Shown one piece after another: positions 8,127 through 17,292 of a stretch of 28,710 bases of DNA; the stretch's first letter is position 1, and each line of letters starts with the position of its first letter. The notes under the pieces were generated by a model, which saw only the letters and a list, made by a program, of their open reading frames with translations, did not search any database and was not told where the DNA came from. The DNA is taken from IMG/VR virus record IMGVR_UViG_3300037851_000004, positions 1 to 28,710 of that record; one strand, 5' to 3'. A program made the translations under genes and the position numbers. This DNA comes from a virus. Lineage: Duplodnaviria > Caudoviricetes.

Positions 8127-8550
8127 GGTAACGGCATTACGGTATCATGACATTAGTGCTGGGCACCGTGTCGTCAACCACGAAAGCAAGTGCAAGCATT
8201 TTCACGGCCATAACTATCGGGTGTGGTTCCATTGTGTAGGTGAGAAGGATGAAATCGGGCGTGTATTAGATTTTGGTGTCATCAAAGAAAAACTATGCAT
8301 GTGGATCGAAGATCATTGGGATCACAAGATGCTATTGTGGACTGGCGATCCGTTGCTTGCTTCAATGCTTGAATTAGATGGAGATGTGGTTCCTGTTCCA
8401 TTCAATCCTACTGCTGAAAATATGGCAGAGTTCCTCGTTGAAGAAATTGGTCCTACTGTTCTTGAGGGCACAGGGGTGACTCTCTATAAAGTTGTGATCG
8501 AAGAAACTGCAAAGTGCCACGCATCATATGAAACTAGCAATCATAACTGA
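8119..8550 (+). CDS. queD: 6-carboxy-5,6,7,8-tetrahydropterin synthase QueD
   Basis: SAGHRV....KCKHFHGHNY, LDFGVIK, WDHKML, NPTAENMA and IEET motifs. ATG at 8119 follows GGAG. Confidence 0.93.
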   Translation: MGKVTALRYHDISAGHRVVNHESKCKHFHGHNYRVWFHCVGEKDEIGRVLDFGVIKEKLCMWIEDHWDHKMLLWTGDPLLASMLELDGDVVPVPFNPTAENMAEFLVEEIGPTVLEGTGVTLYKVVIEETAKCHASYETSNHN

Positions 8551-9598
8551 CCAACACTTCGGGGCAAGGGGCGACCATCAGATTTTCGATGCGTACTTTC
8601 AGAAATTCTACGAGAAAGTATTCTTTCCTGTTCTAGACGAGTTGGGCATTGATACTGTGTTGGATTTGGGTGATACGTTTGATCGCCGCAAGTTCATTAA
8701 CTTCCTGACGTTGAACAACGCACGGTCGTACTATTTTGACCAGTTGCGCAATAGAAGTGTCAATCTCCACTTGCTTGTTGGAAACCATTGTACGTTTTAT
8801 CGGAACACGAATTCAGTCAACAGCCCGAAGTTGTTGTTGGGTGACTACCAAAACGTTCGCATTGTGGAGAATGCTGAGGAGGCAGAATTTGACGGGTTGA
8901 AGGTTCTTTTGGTGCCTTGGATTTGTGCTGACAATCAGTCATACACAATGAATCTGATCTACAACACTACTGCTGAAGTATGCATGGGGCATCTAGAAAT
9001 CGACGGTTTTGAAATGTATCGTGGGCAACCAAATATTGGTGGCGAGCGCCCTGATACGTTTAGGAAATTCGATCAGGTGTTTTCAGGCCATTTCCACCAC
9101 AGATCAACGAAGGGCAATATTTCGTATCTCGGCAATCCGTATGAGCTAACGTGGTCAGACTTTGATGACCCTCGTGGTTTTCATATTTACGATACGGCTA
9201 CGAGGCAACTGCATTTCATTGAAAACCCGTTTAGGATGTTTTTCAAGATCCACTACGATGACAAGACTTGCCCACTAGACTATGCGCAGTTAACGGTTAA
9301 GGAATATAAGGATCGGTTCGTTAAGTTGATTGTGGTCAATAAAACCGACTTCCTTGCGTTTGACAGATTCGTGGATAGACTATACAATGCAGGACCCGCT
9401 GAAATCAAGATCATTGAGAATATGGCGGACTACGATGAATCGGCAGTTGACGACGAATCGATTGACGTTGAGGATACACCGACATTGCTTGAGCAATACG
9501 TTGACGCTACAGAAACAGACCTCGACAAGGGTCGATTGAAGACGTTCCTTAAGTCGTTGTACGTTGAAGCACTAGCGCAAGAGGAAGCTAATAACTGA
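8528..9598 (+). CDS. gp47: Recombination endonuclease subunit gp47 (Mre11/SbcD-like)
   Basis: Metallophosphoesterase motifs ITDQHFG, LGDTFDRRK, VGNH, GHLE, SGHFH and YLGNPY. Precedes gp46. Confidence 0.95.
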   Translation: MKLAIITDQHFGARGDHQIFDAYFQKFYEKVFFPVLDELGIDTVLDLGDTFDRRKFINFLTLNNARSYYFDQLRNRSVNLHLLVGNHCTFYRNTNSVNSPKLLLGDYQNVRIVENAEEAEFDGLKVLLVPWICADNQSYTMNLIYNTTAEVCMGHLEIDGFEMYRGQPNIGGERPDTFRKFDQVFSGHFHHRSTKGNISYLGNPYELTWSDFDDPRGFHIYDTATRQLHFIENPFRMFFKIHYDDKTCPLDYAQLTVKEYKDRFVKLIVVNKTDFLAFDRFVDRLYNAGPAEIKIIENMADYDESAVDDESIDVEDTPTLLEQYVDATETDLDKGRLKTFLKSLYVEALAQEEANN

Positions 9599-11322
9599 TG
9601 GTGCGATTTACGAAGATTCGATGGAAGAATTTCCTTTCTACAGGCAATGCCTGGAATGAAATTAACCTAGACGGTTCTGGAACAACACTTATCGTTGGTG
9701 ATAACGGTTCTGGAAAAAGTACGCTGCTCGACGCACTTTGCTTTGGGCTGTTTGGCAAGCCGTTCAGAAACGTCAACAAAGGGCAACTCCTAAATTCCAT
9801 CAATCAGAAGCAAGCTATTGTAGAGGTCGAATTCCGCGTTGGACTTCATGAGTATCTAGTCATTCGCGGAATGCGTCCTAACCTATTTGAGATTCACAAA
9901 GACGGCACGCTGCTGAACCAAGATGCATCCGTAAAAGATTACCAATCTATCTTAGAGGACCAGATCCTCAATTTTACCTACAAGTCATTTACGCAGATTG
10001 TCATTCTTGGTTCGGCATCGTTTACCCCGTTTATGCAGTTGCCTAGCGGGACACGGCGAGAAATTATCGAAGACCTGCTTGATGCCCGGATATTTTCGGC
10101 AATGAATAAGGTGCTAAAGGAACGGTTCGGGCAGTTGTCGGCTGATCTGATGAACATTGAGGGTGAGGTTGATCTTCAAAAGCGTAAGGTAATGGTGCAA
10201 AAGGCATATGTTGATACGCTAAAACAAGATCGGCAACAGAAGTTCAAGGAGAATCAAGAGGCAATCGACACAACGCTTGTTGACATTAAGAAATGGGAAG
10301 CGGAGATTGGAACCACACAAACACAAATCTCAGCATTGATGGGTGCGATTGTTGATCAGCCAGAAGTCCAAAAGTTGTCTAGAGACCTAGACCTTTTGCA
10401 AGGTAAGGCCAAAGACAATGTGCGGCAGATGGATAAGCAAATCGATTTCTATGAAAAGAACGATGCGTGCCCAACGTGTAAGCAAGGGATTGAGAGAGAT
10501 TACAAGGAAATAGTTCTACAAGAAACGAAGCACTCGCGCATTTCGTGGCTTGGTGAGATTGAGGAAATAAAGCGGCAGACCACCAAGCTTGAGGCTCGCG
10601 CTAAGGAGATTAGTGAAACCAATATAGCCATTTCTGCTTACAATTCCAACATCATGAAGTTGAACAGCCAAATTCAGGCCGGTCAGCAATATGTTGACAA
10701 ATTATTGAAGCTTAATGCTGATCTAGAAAAGTCTGTAGGCAATATTGAGGACGAGAAACGAAAGCTTCGGGACGAGTCTCAGGTGGTGGTTGATTTGATC
10801 AACAAGCGGTCACAGTTGAATGAGGACAGGCAATACTTTAATGTGGCGACTGTCTTGCTGAAGGACACAGGGATCAAGACAAAGATCATTCGGCAGTATC
10901 TGCCGATCATCAATAAGTTGGTGAATAAATATCTTCAAGCAATGGATTTGTTTGTCAATTTCGAACTGGACGAGTCTTTCAATGAAACCATCAAATCAAG
11001 ACACCGAGACGAATTCACCTATGCATCATTTAGTGAGGGCGAAAAGCAGCGGATTAATTTGGCCCTTCTTTTTGCCTGGCGTGCTGTGGCTTCGGTTCGC
11101 AACACTACAAATACAAACCTTCTACTATTTGACGAGATTTTAGACGGATCGTTGGATGCCACCGCAGTCGATTACTTCCTGAATCTAGTGAAGGATATCG
11201 GCCATGATCACAATATCTTTGTAATTACGCACAAGTCTGATTTGTTTGTGGACAAATTTGATCGTGTAATTAGGGTGAAGAAGGTCAATGGCTATTCTAT
11301 TTTAGAAGAGGCAGATAAATGA
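9598..11322 (+). CDS. gp46: Recombination endonuclease ATPase subunit gp46 (Rad50/SbcC-like)
   Basis: Walker A GDNGSGKST, coiled coil with CPTC zinc hook, signature FSEGEK, Walker B LLFDEILD and ITHK. Confidence 0.96.
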   Translation: MVRFTKIRWKNFLSTGNAWNEINLDGSGTTLIVGDNGSGKSTLLDALCFGLFGKPFRNVNKGQLLNSINQKQAIVEVEFRVGLHEYLVIRGMRPNLFEIHKDGTLLNQDASVKDYQSILEDQILNFTYKSFTQIVILGSASFTPFMQLPSGTRREIIEDLLDARIFSAMNKVLKERFGQLSADLMNIEGEVDLQKRKVMVQKAYVDTLKQDRQQKFKENQEAIDTTLVDIKKWEAEIGTTQTQISALMGAIVDQPEVQKLSRDLDLLQGKAKDNVRQMDKQIDFYEKNDACPTCKQGIERDYKEIVLQETKHSRISWLGEIEEIKRQTTKLEARAKEISETNIAISAYNSNIMKLNSQIQAGQQYVDKLLKLNADLEKSVGNIEDEKRKLRDESQVVVDLINKRSQLNEDRQYFNVATVLLKDTGIKTKIIRQYLPIINKLVNKYLQAMDLFVNFELDESFNETIKSRHRDEFTYASFSEGEKQRINLALLFAWRAVASVRNTTNTNLLLFDEILDGSLDATAVDYFLNLVKDIGHDHNIFVITHKSDLFVDKFDRVIRVKKVNGYSILEEADK

Positions 11323-11852
11323 AATCGGATGAGCTTGAATTACTAAACTTTTTAGATCCTCGGCTTTATGAAAAAATGTCCGAGTTCGATTTTGAAAATC
11401 CACCGGTTGATCCGACCGAACTTAAGACTGCAATGATAGAGGTTATGGTGCGCCTGGGTGGTGTTGGGTTGTCTGCCAATCAGGTTGGTTTACCATATAG
11501 AATGTTTGTCATGGGTGTTCCAGGTAATTATACCGCCTGCTTCAACCCAGCTATAATTGGTTGGTCGAAAGAAAAGAACACCATTAAAGAGGGGTGTTTA
11601 TCTCTACCAGGGGTCGTTGTGGCGTTGAGTCGTCCCGCTATGGTGGTAGCCAAGTATCAGGATGAGGTTGGTACTAATGTTATGAAGGAATTAGAGGGTC
11701 TTGGTGCGCGGGTCTTTCAGCACGAATATGATCATATGGAAGGCAGAAACTTTATGATGCTGGCTAGTCCGTTAAAGCAAAAGCGGGCACTAGAACAATT
11801 GAGGAAGAAGGTTCGAAATGGACAAAAGCTTGTATCCGCAGACGCACAGTAA
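11319..11852 (+). CDS. def: Peptide deformylase
   Basis: All three PDF motifs are present: GVGLSANQVG, EGCLSLPG and QHEYDHMEG. Confidence 0.95.
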   Translation: MKSDELELLNFLDPRLYEKMSEFDFENPPVDPTELKTAMIEVMVRLGGVGLSANQVGLPYRMFVMGVPGNYTACFNPAIIGWSKEKNTIKEGCLSLPGVVVALSRPAMVVAKYQDEVGTNVMKELEGLGARVFQHEYDHMEGRNFMMLASPLKQKRALEQLRKKVRNGQKLVSADAQ

Positions 11853-13188
11853 GCGAATCGCGTTTCTAATATCAGATCAAAGCCTCATTCAGAATGGTGG
11901 TATTGGCCAATTCACAAAGGCGTTTGTGGAGATGGCGTGGGACTACGGATGGATTGTTGACCTCATCCTAGACAAGCCTTCAACGTCTAAGGAATTTCTA
12001 GCGCAGTTCGATCAGAAGATCGGTTGGTTGATCTTCCCACAGTCGCCTTTGTCCTATGGACAACACACCGAGACATTCTCGTTTACTGACTCGGTGAATT
12101 TTGAAAAGCAACTCAACTTCAGAAATGCGTTCATGCTTGCGTTGCAAAGAGCGATGTATGATCTGATCGTGTGTAATGTACCAGAGACATACATGCCAGT
12201 CTATTCTACGGGTGTCTGTAAGTATGTCCCGACAATCTTTTACACACACAACGAATCGATGATTGGTTTGGGTGAAGAGGGGGTAGGACCGTATAGTGCA
12301 GAGTACGTCGAGGTCTATCGGCGAATGTTTACGCTACCGAACATCTATATAGGCACGCAATCGCAATCTAATGTGGATAGATTCTACAATGCGGGGTTGT
12401 ATGCAATGTCGTTGCCAATGCCCATGACGGAGAGGTCATTGCTTGAACCGTCGAACCACATTGAGAAATCTGGAGTGCTGTATATCGGTCGTTGGGAAGA
12501 GCGGAAGAATCCGAGCGAGTACCTGCGACTGATCGCAGAGACTAAGTTGCCCGCAAAGGTGATGACAAATAAGAATGGTGCCCGCAAATTCAAGGATGCG
12601 TTTGAAAGCATGGGTGTTACAGACTATGTTATTGGTGAGAGCCTATCCCCAGAGAAGAAGGTTGAATTCATCAAGTCGGCCAAGTTGTTCTACAATCCAG
12701 CACTCAAGGAAGCGTTTTGCTACACAATGATCGAAGTGTTGGGGCACGCGCATGTGGTGGCGCTTAAGGAATATGAGTGGTCAAAGGAATTTGAGAAGTA
12801 CCCTAGCGTGCACCGTGTTTCAAAGAAGGATGCTGTCAAGAAGGTGTTGGAGCTTTATGGAAAAGCTCCCAATGCCGAAGCATTGGATGGGGTGAAAGAG
12901 TATCACCAAAATGCATTCTTTACTTGGTCGTTGTTCACCAACTTGCACTATGTCATTGGCTCTGATAAGAACCGTAGTGAGGTGTCCAAGAAAACGGACT
13001 TCTGGTATCACGATCACATCGGCTCGCTTAGACGATTTGCGAGTGTCGAGGACATTGAGGTATGCTATAAAGCGAGCGGCCCGACTCGTTTGAACATGGT
13101 CCACACTCAGTATGGCACGTGGTTGACGAGGAATGATACCCCACCAACCCCAGTAGAATCAAGCACTTGCGAGGACATATTCAGCTAA
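11818..13188 (+). CDS. GT-B (GT4-like) glycosyltransferase with C-terminal extension
   Basis: N-terminal RIAFLI...NGGIGQF, FYTHNE, VLYIGRWEERKNP and YNPALKEAFCYTMIEVL (EXF-x4-E). Confidence 0.82.
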   Translation: MDKSLYPQTHSKRIAFLISDQSLIQNGGIGQFTKAFVEMAWDYGWIVDLILDKPSTSKEFLAQFDQKIGWLIFPQSPLSYGQHTETFSFTDSVNFEKQLNFRNAFMLALQRAMYDLIVCNVPETYMPVYSTGVCKYVPTIFYTHNESMIGLGEEGVGPYSAEYVEVYRRMFTLPNIYIGTQSQSNVDRFYNAGLYAMSLPMPMTERSLLEPSNHIEKSGVLYIGRWEERKNPSEYLRLIAETKLPAKVMTNKNGARKFKDAFESMGVTDYVIGESLSPEKKVEFIKSAKLFYNPALKEAFCYTMIEVLGHAHVVALKEYEWSKEFEKYPSVHRVSKKDAVKKVLELYGKAPNAEALDGVKEYHQNAFFTWSLFTNLHYVIGSDKNRSEVSKKTDFWYHDHIGSLRRFASVEDIEVCYKASGPTRLNMVHTQYGTWLTRNDTPPTPVESSTCEDIFS

Positions 13189-13238
13189 GTCATTGATTTT
13201 AAAGGATTTGTTTAGGAGCTTGTTCTAAGTGCTTGATT
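13186..13238 (+). promoter_or_regulatory. Two tandem IHF-consensus boxes
   Basis: TAAGTCATTGATT (13186-13198) and TAAGTGCTTGATT (13226-13238) both match YAANNNNTTGATW exactly. They start 40 bp apart, upstream of the promoter at 13259. Confidence 0.6.
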
Positions 13239-13258
13239 CTACTGAGGAAAAATAGTGC

Positions 13259-13287
13259 TTGACAGGTTTCTGCCTATAGCGTAAAAT
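13259..13287 (+). promoter_or_regulatory. sigma70-type (early) promoter TTGACA-17-TAAAAT
   Basis: TTGACA at 13259-13264 and TAAAAT at 13282-13287, with an A-rich segment upstream. It lies 27 nt before the VWA gene. Confidence 0.82.
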
Positions 13288-13314
13288 TGCGGTCTTACTG
13301 ACGAAAGCCAAACA

Positions 13315-15783
13315 ATGCTCATCGCCATCAAAGACTTGAACACCGCTAACGCAGACGCCGCAGAGCAACGCGAGCAAGCGGTGCAATCGAACCTTGCTCG
13401 CCTTCTCGCGACTGAGAATATCCACGTTGCCTTTCGCAAAGCGAATACTGCATCATTCAATGTCAAGACTCGCGTCTTGGTGATTCCCATCTACGCGGCT
13501 GATCTGCCGCGCGAAGTAGTCCAGATGCTCGTCGGACATGAAGTCGGCCATGCCTTGTTCACCCCGGAATCAGGGTGGCACGAAGCCGCGTGTGCGCGTG
13601 GGATGATCTATAAGGGCTACATGAACGTTGTGGAAGATGCCCGCATTGAGCGCAAGATCAAGGACAAGTACCCCGGACTGCGGCGCGACTTCCATTTCGG
13701 TTACGCGCACATGATCGCAGCAAACTTTTTCGGTCCTGCGAAATTGCTGAACGACCCGCGTTGGATCGCAAAGCAATCGCTGATCGACAAGATCAATTTG
13801 CATTTCAAGGCTGTGCCGCATATCCCGGCGATCAAGTTTACAGAGCGTGAGCTTGAGCTGGTCGATGCTATTGAGGTCGCAGAAACCTTCGAAGATGTGC
13901 TGAAGGTGACCGACACGATTTGGAAGTACGACCGCGATTATCGGGCGGCGCAACGGCGCGCTCAGGAAGAAGAGCGTGAAGCTGCCCGCAAGATCCTGCA
14001 AGATCAGGAAGACGACAATTACGAACTGGGCGACGACGATCAAGACGCCGATGACGGCCTTGACTCGCACGACACGGAAGGTGAAACGCCCCCGCGTTCG
14101 GAAGACAATGAGGATGACCTGTCCGATATGGATGGCGACTCTGGCCCCGATACGCCGACTGTTGACGACGAGCAGGACGAAGATGGGGATGGCGGAGTGA
14201 AGGGGGAGAAGGGGGACAAAACCGCTACGGAAGGTGACCTAGCTTCTGCTGGTGACGAAATCGATGATTTGGATGCCGAATCAGATGATGTTGGTTCGGG
14301 TGCCGGCAGCGAATACCTCGACGACGAAGAGGACAACTTCGGCTCGTCGGGTTCGGTGACTGATCGCGCGTTCCGCGAACATGCAGCCAACTTGATCGAT
14401 GCGTCATGTCGCGACATTATCTACGCGAAGGTGAATTACCTTCCGGAAGAAAAGGACGTTAAGCTTCCATACAAGAAGTTTGTTGCGTGTCTTGACGCGG
14501 CTCTTTTGTCTGCGGTTTGGGTTTCTGGTGACCGTGACAAGAACGAATGGTTGCTCGCAGAAGAGGTGCGGTTCCTCCAAGAGTTTCGCAGCAAGCATGA
14601 GCGGTTCATCATCCACCTTGTTCGCGAGTTTGAAATGAAGCGCAATGCGTGGACGTCAGCACGCGCTCGCGAAGCGCGGACTGGTGCGCTGAATCTGAAC
14701 AAGCTTTACCAGTATAAGTTTAACGACGACCTGTTCAAGAAAGTCACCATGGTGCCAAACGGCAAGAATCACGGCATGATTATGCTTATTGATACGTCGG
14801 GTTCTATGGCGAGGCTCATTGACAAGGTTCTGGAACAAGCCGCGGTACTGGCTATGTTCTGCCGCCGAGTGCAGATTCCGTTCCGCGTGTACGGCTTTAC
14901 GAATCCGTTGCTCCCCAACATTGAGGCGGGATTTAACTACACGTTTCCGAAGGTTGATGGTCTTCTCGACCGTTCGGCGCTGTATAGGGCTTACTACAGC
15001 GAAGGTCAAAAGGAACCGTCCGTCAATTGCGAACAGTATGTTCTTACGGAACTTCTAACGGACCGTATGTCGCTGCGTGACTTTAATCGCGTGCTGTTCG
15101 GCCTCTTTAGCAAGTTTGGCCGTGGGATTACGAAATCATATGTGTTGCCGATGTATGGCACGCCGCTGAACGATGCGATCTTGACCATCCCGTCGCTGGT
15201 TAAGAACATGCGTCAACAATACAAGACGGAGAAGGTGTCTGTCATCGTTCTGACTGACGGCATGTCGGATAATGAGAACATGATTGGAGGGGGTGCGTTG
15301 AACGCATCGTTGATGCGGTTGTTCATTACCTCGCCGTGGACCCGCAAGGTCTTCGAAGTGAAGCCGGTCGTTCGGCCGAAGGCTTGGGGTGGCTCGATGC
15401 ATGAATCGTTTGAACGACTGTGTTGGACTAAGGTGTACATTCAGATGGCTGCTGATGCGTCGGGGGCGTCGATCATCGGTTATCATGTCGTGAATGGCAA
15501 GATGGCGGCTAGAATGCTGGCCGACTATAAAGGCTTCTATACCAAGGACTGTGAAGATATGAAGCTGCAATTCCGAAACGACAAGATGATGAGCATTGAC
15601 AATTTCGGATACAAGCAATACTTCATCATGTGGGACAAGGCGCTGAATGAAGAGGACAAGACGATGCAAGCGGCGCGTTCTGACATGACGGCGCGCAAGC
15701 TTGCGACGATGTTCTCTGAGGTCCAGAGGTCGCAGCAGGTGAACCGCGTGTTTCTGTCGAAGTTTGTGGAGATGATTGCGTAG
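13315..15783 (+). CDS. CobT-like VWA protein with N-terminal HExxH metallopeptidase-like domain and long acidic linker
   Basis: GHEVGHAL and NVVEDARIE at the N-terminus, a D/E-rich linker at about 14000-14340, and MIDAS elements IDTSGSM, GTPLN and VLTDG. Adjacent to a MoxR AAA+ gene. Confidence 0.85.
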   Translation: MLIAIKDLNTANADAAEQREQAVQSNLARLLATENIHVAFRKANTASFNVKTRVLVIPIYAADLPREVVQMLVGHEVGHALFTPESGWHEAACARGMIYKGYMNVVEDARIERKIKDKYPGLRRDFHFGYAHMIAANFFGPAKLLNDPRWIAKQSLIDKINLHFKAVPHIPAIKFTERELELVDAIEVAETFEDVLKVTDTIWKYDRDYRAAQRRAQEEEREAARKILQDQEDDNYELGDDDQDADDGLDSHDTEGETPPRSEDNEDDLSDMDGDSGPDTPTVDDEQDEDGDGGVKGEKGDKTATEGDLASAGDEIDDLDAESDDVGSGAGSEYLDDEEDNFGSSGSVTDRAFREHAANLIDASCRDIIYAKVNYLPEEKDVKLPYKKFVACLDAALLSAVWVSGDRDKNEWLLAEEVRFLQEFRSKHERFIIHLVREFEMKRNAWTSARAREARTGALNLNKLYQYKFNDDLFKKVTMVPNGKNHGMIMLIDTSGSMARLIDKVLEQAAVLAMFCRRVQIPFRVYGFTNPLLPNIEAGFNYTFPKVDGLLDRSALYRAYYSEGQKEPSVNCEQYVLTELLTDRMSLRDFNRVLFGLFSKFGRGITKSYVLPMYGTPLNDAILTIPSLVKNMRQQYKTEKVSVIVLTDGMSDNENMIGGGALNASLMRLFITSPWTRKVFEVKPVVRPKAWGGSMHESFERLCWTKVYIQMAADASGASIIGYHVVNGKMAARMLADYKGFYTKDCEDMKLQFRNDKMMSIDNFGYKQYFIMWDKALNEEDKTMQAARSDMTARKLATMFSEVQRSQQVNRVFLSKFVEMIA

Positions 15784-15795
15784 AGGAGCGTGGCG

Positions 15796-15854
15796 TAAGC
15801 CACTGATTTCAATAGGAAAATTATTTTGGTTTTCCTTTAGGAATCAATGGCTTA
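15796..15854. repeat. Imperfect 25-bp inverted repeat built from two IHF-like boxes
   Basis: TAAGCCACTGATTTCAATAGGAAAA (15796-15820) versus the reverse complement of 15830-15854, TAAGCCATTGATTCCTAAAGGAAAA, gives 21/25 identity with a 9-nt spacer. AATCAATGGCTTA (15842-15854) is an exact WATCAANNNNTTR. Confidence 0.75.
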
Positions 15855-15859
15855 GCCGC

Positions 15860-15888
15860 TTGACACGCCCCCCGTTATCCTGTAGGAT
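15860..15888 (+). promoter_or_regulatory. sigma70-type (early) promoter TTGACA-17-TAGGAT
   Basis: TTGACA at 15860-15865 and TAGGAT at 15883-15888. The flanks are shared with the 13259 promoter. Confidence 0.78.
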
Positions 15889-15932
15889 TACGGTTCTTAA
15901 CTGATTCCCATCGTCTGAGGACTCTCTATACT

Positions 15933-17210
15933 ATGGCTATTCTGACCGCAACGCAACGCGAAATCGTGAAGCACCTGAACGCAGTTTTCGGGGAGACCGT
16001 GACTCGCGGGCAGTTGATGGACTACTACAAGAAGGGCAAGAATCACGGCATTCTCCCGCGTTGGCTGATGACGCCTGAGCATTCGGTGTCGCGTGGTATC
16101 TACTCGTTGGTCGAGAGCACCACGAAGCTTGATCCGGCGAAGCCGTTCCCGTCGTTCAAGCAACCGACGGTACAGAAGGCGGTGCAGGAAGCGGTTGCTG
16201 AGCCGGCGCCCGAAATGGCAGAAGCGGAAACCTCAGGGCAGGTAGTTCCGATGGTTCGCCCTACCAAGAAGTCTGCGGTGATCGCGATCGGTGGGCAAGG
16301 CGAGGAGTCTTTCGTTCCGGATCGTTATCGCAATTTCGTGCCGTTCGGTAACTACGATGACGTTTATCGCGTCATCAAGGCAAGTGTGTTCTACCCTGTG
16401 TTCATCACGGGCTTGTCGGGCAACGGCAAGACGATGATGGTCGAGCAGGCGTGCGCAATGCTTGGGCGCGAAATGATTCGTGTGCAAATCACGCCGGAGT
16501 CGGACGAAGATGACCTGATCGGCGGTTTCCGCATGATCGACGGTGAAACGGTCTGGTTCGACGGTCCAGTGACAATTGCTGCGATTCGCGGCGCGGTTTG
16601 CCTGATCGATGAAATCGACTACGGCACAGGCAAGATTTCGTGCTTGCAAGGCATTCTGGAAGGCAAGGGCATTCACCTGAAAAAGGTCAATCGGTTCGTG
16701 CCGCTTGCAGATGGTTTCAATATCATTGCGACCGCTAATACCAAGGGTCGCGGTGCAGAAGAAAACGGTGCTAGGTATGTTAACACCCAGCTGATGAATG
16801 AGGCTCTTCTGGAGCGTTTCGGCATCACGCTGGAGCAAGAATTTCCGACGATGAAGACCGAGCAGAAGATCCTTGAAAAGGAATTGGCTGCTATGGGTCG
16901 TCCGGACGAAGAATTCGCGGCTGCACTCGTCAAGTGGGCGGAGGTGATTCGTCGTTCGTTCGACAATCAGGCCGTTGAGGACGTTATTTCGACTCGTCGT
17001 CTGGTCCACATTGTGCGTGCATTCGGCATTTTCGGCGACAAACTTAAGGCCGTCGAGAAGTGTCTGAACAGGTTTGACCGTCAGACCCGCGATAGTTTCT
17101 TGGAGCTTTACACCAAAGTGTCTATTGAGTCTGCTGGTGGCTCGCAACCTGAAGCGCAAGCGCAACAGGTTACTCAGGAGAATGATGGAAGCGTATCGGT
17201 TACAGTCTAA
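15933..17210 (+). CDS. MoxR-family AAA+ ATPase (phage CobS-like)
   Basis: Walker A GLSGNGKT, DEDDLIGG, Walker B CLIDEID, IATANTKG, ALLERF and ISTRRL. Paired with the VWA gene. Confidence 0.9.
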   Translation: MAILTATQREIVKHLNAVFGETVTRGQLMDYYKKGKNHGILPRWLMTPEHSVSRGIYSLVESTTKLDPAKPFPSFKQPTVQKAVQEAVAEPAPEMAEAETSGQVVPMVRPTKKSAVIAIGGQGEESFVPDRYRNFVPFGNYDDVYRVIKASVFYPVFITGLSGNGKTMMVEQACAMLGREMIRVQITPESDEDDLIGGFRMIDGETVWFDGPVTIAAIRGAVCLIDEIDYGTGKISCLQGILEGKGIHLKKVNRFVPLADGFNIIATANTKGRGAEENGARYVNTQLMNEALLERFGITLEQEFPTMKTEQKILEKELAAMGRPDEEFAAALVKWAEVIRRSFDNQAVEDVISTRRLVHIVRAFGIFGDKLKAVEKCLNRFDRQTRDSFLELYTKVSIESAGGSQPEAQAQQVTQENDGSVSVTV

Positions 17211-17292
17211 CCACCGTTTTTAACGGTTAGCCCGGCATCCCTTGCGGCCGGGCTACCGCCATTTGTAATGCAAGGAATAGGAGATTTACATA

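Noticed and set aside
3237-8550. Queuosine-tRNA or folate auxiliary metabolism as the purpose of folE/queD/queE
   Set aside because: There is no queC, queF, queA or queG and no fol genes in the window. The TGT-fold protein has no evident zinc-binding CxCxxC of tRNA TGTs and carries a clamp-like tail. This reading is disfavoured but not excluded.
13225-15812. Numerous minus-strand and alternate-frame ORFs over the VWA gene, including the Ser-rich 14040-14417
   Set aside because: These are shadows of a GC-rich gene. The Ser-rich one mirrors the acidic linker codons.
15796-15854. Inverted repeat as a transposon end, MITE or terminator
   Set aside because: There is no transposase or target duplication, and the repeat is AT-rich without a U-tract. 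It is better explained as paired protein-binding boxes.
16233-17165. 310-aa minus-strand ORF
   Set aside because: It lies entirely antisense to the well-supported AAA+ gene and has no recognisable motifs. It is best explained as a codon-bias shadow.
13315-17210. Cobalamin biosynthesis (cobT/cobS) interpretation
   Set aside because: No cobN or other cob genes are present. The architecture fits a generic MoxR-VWA pair.
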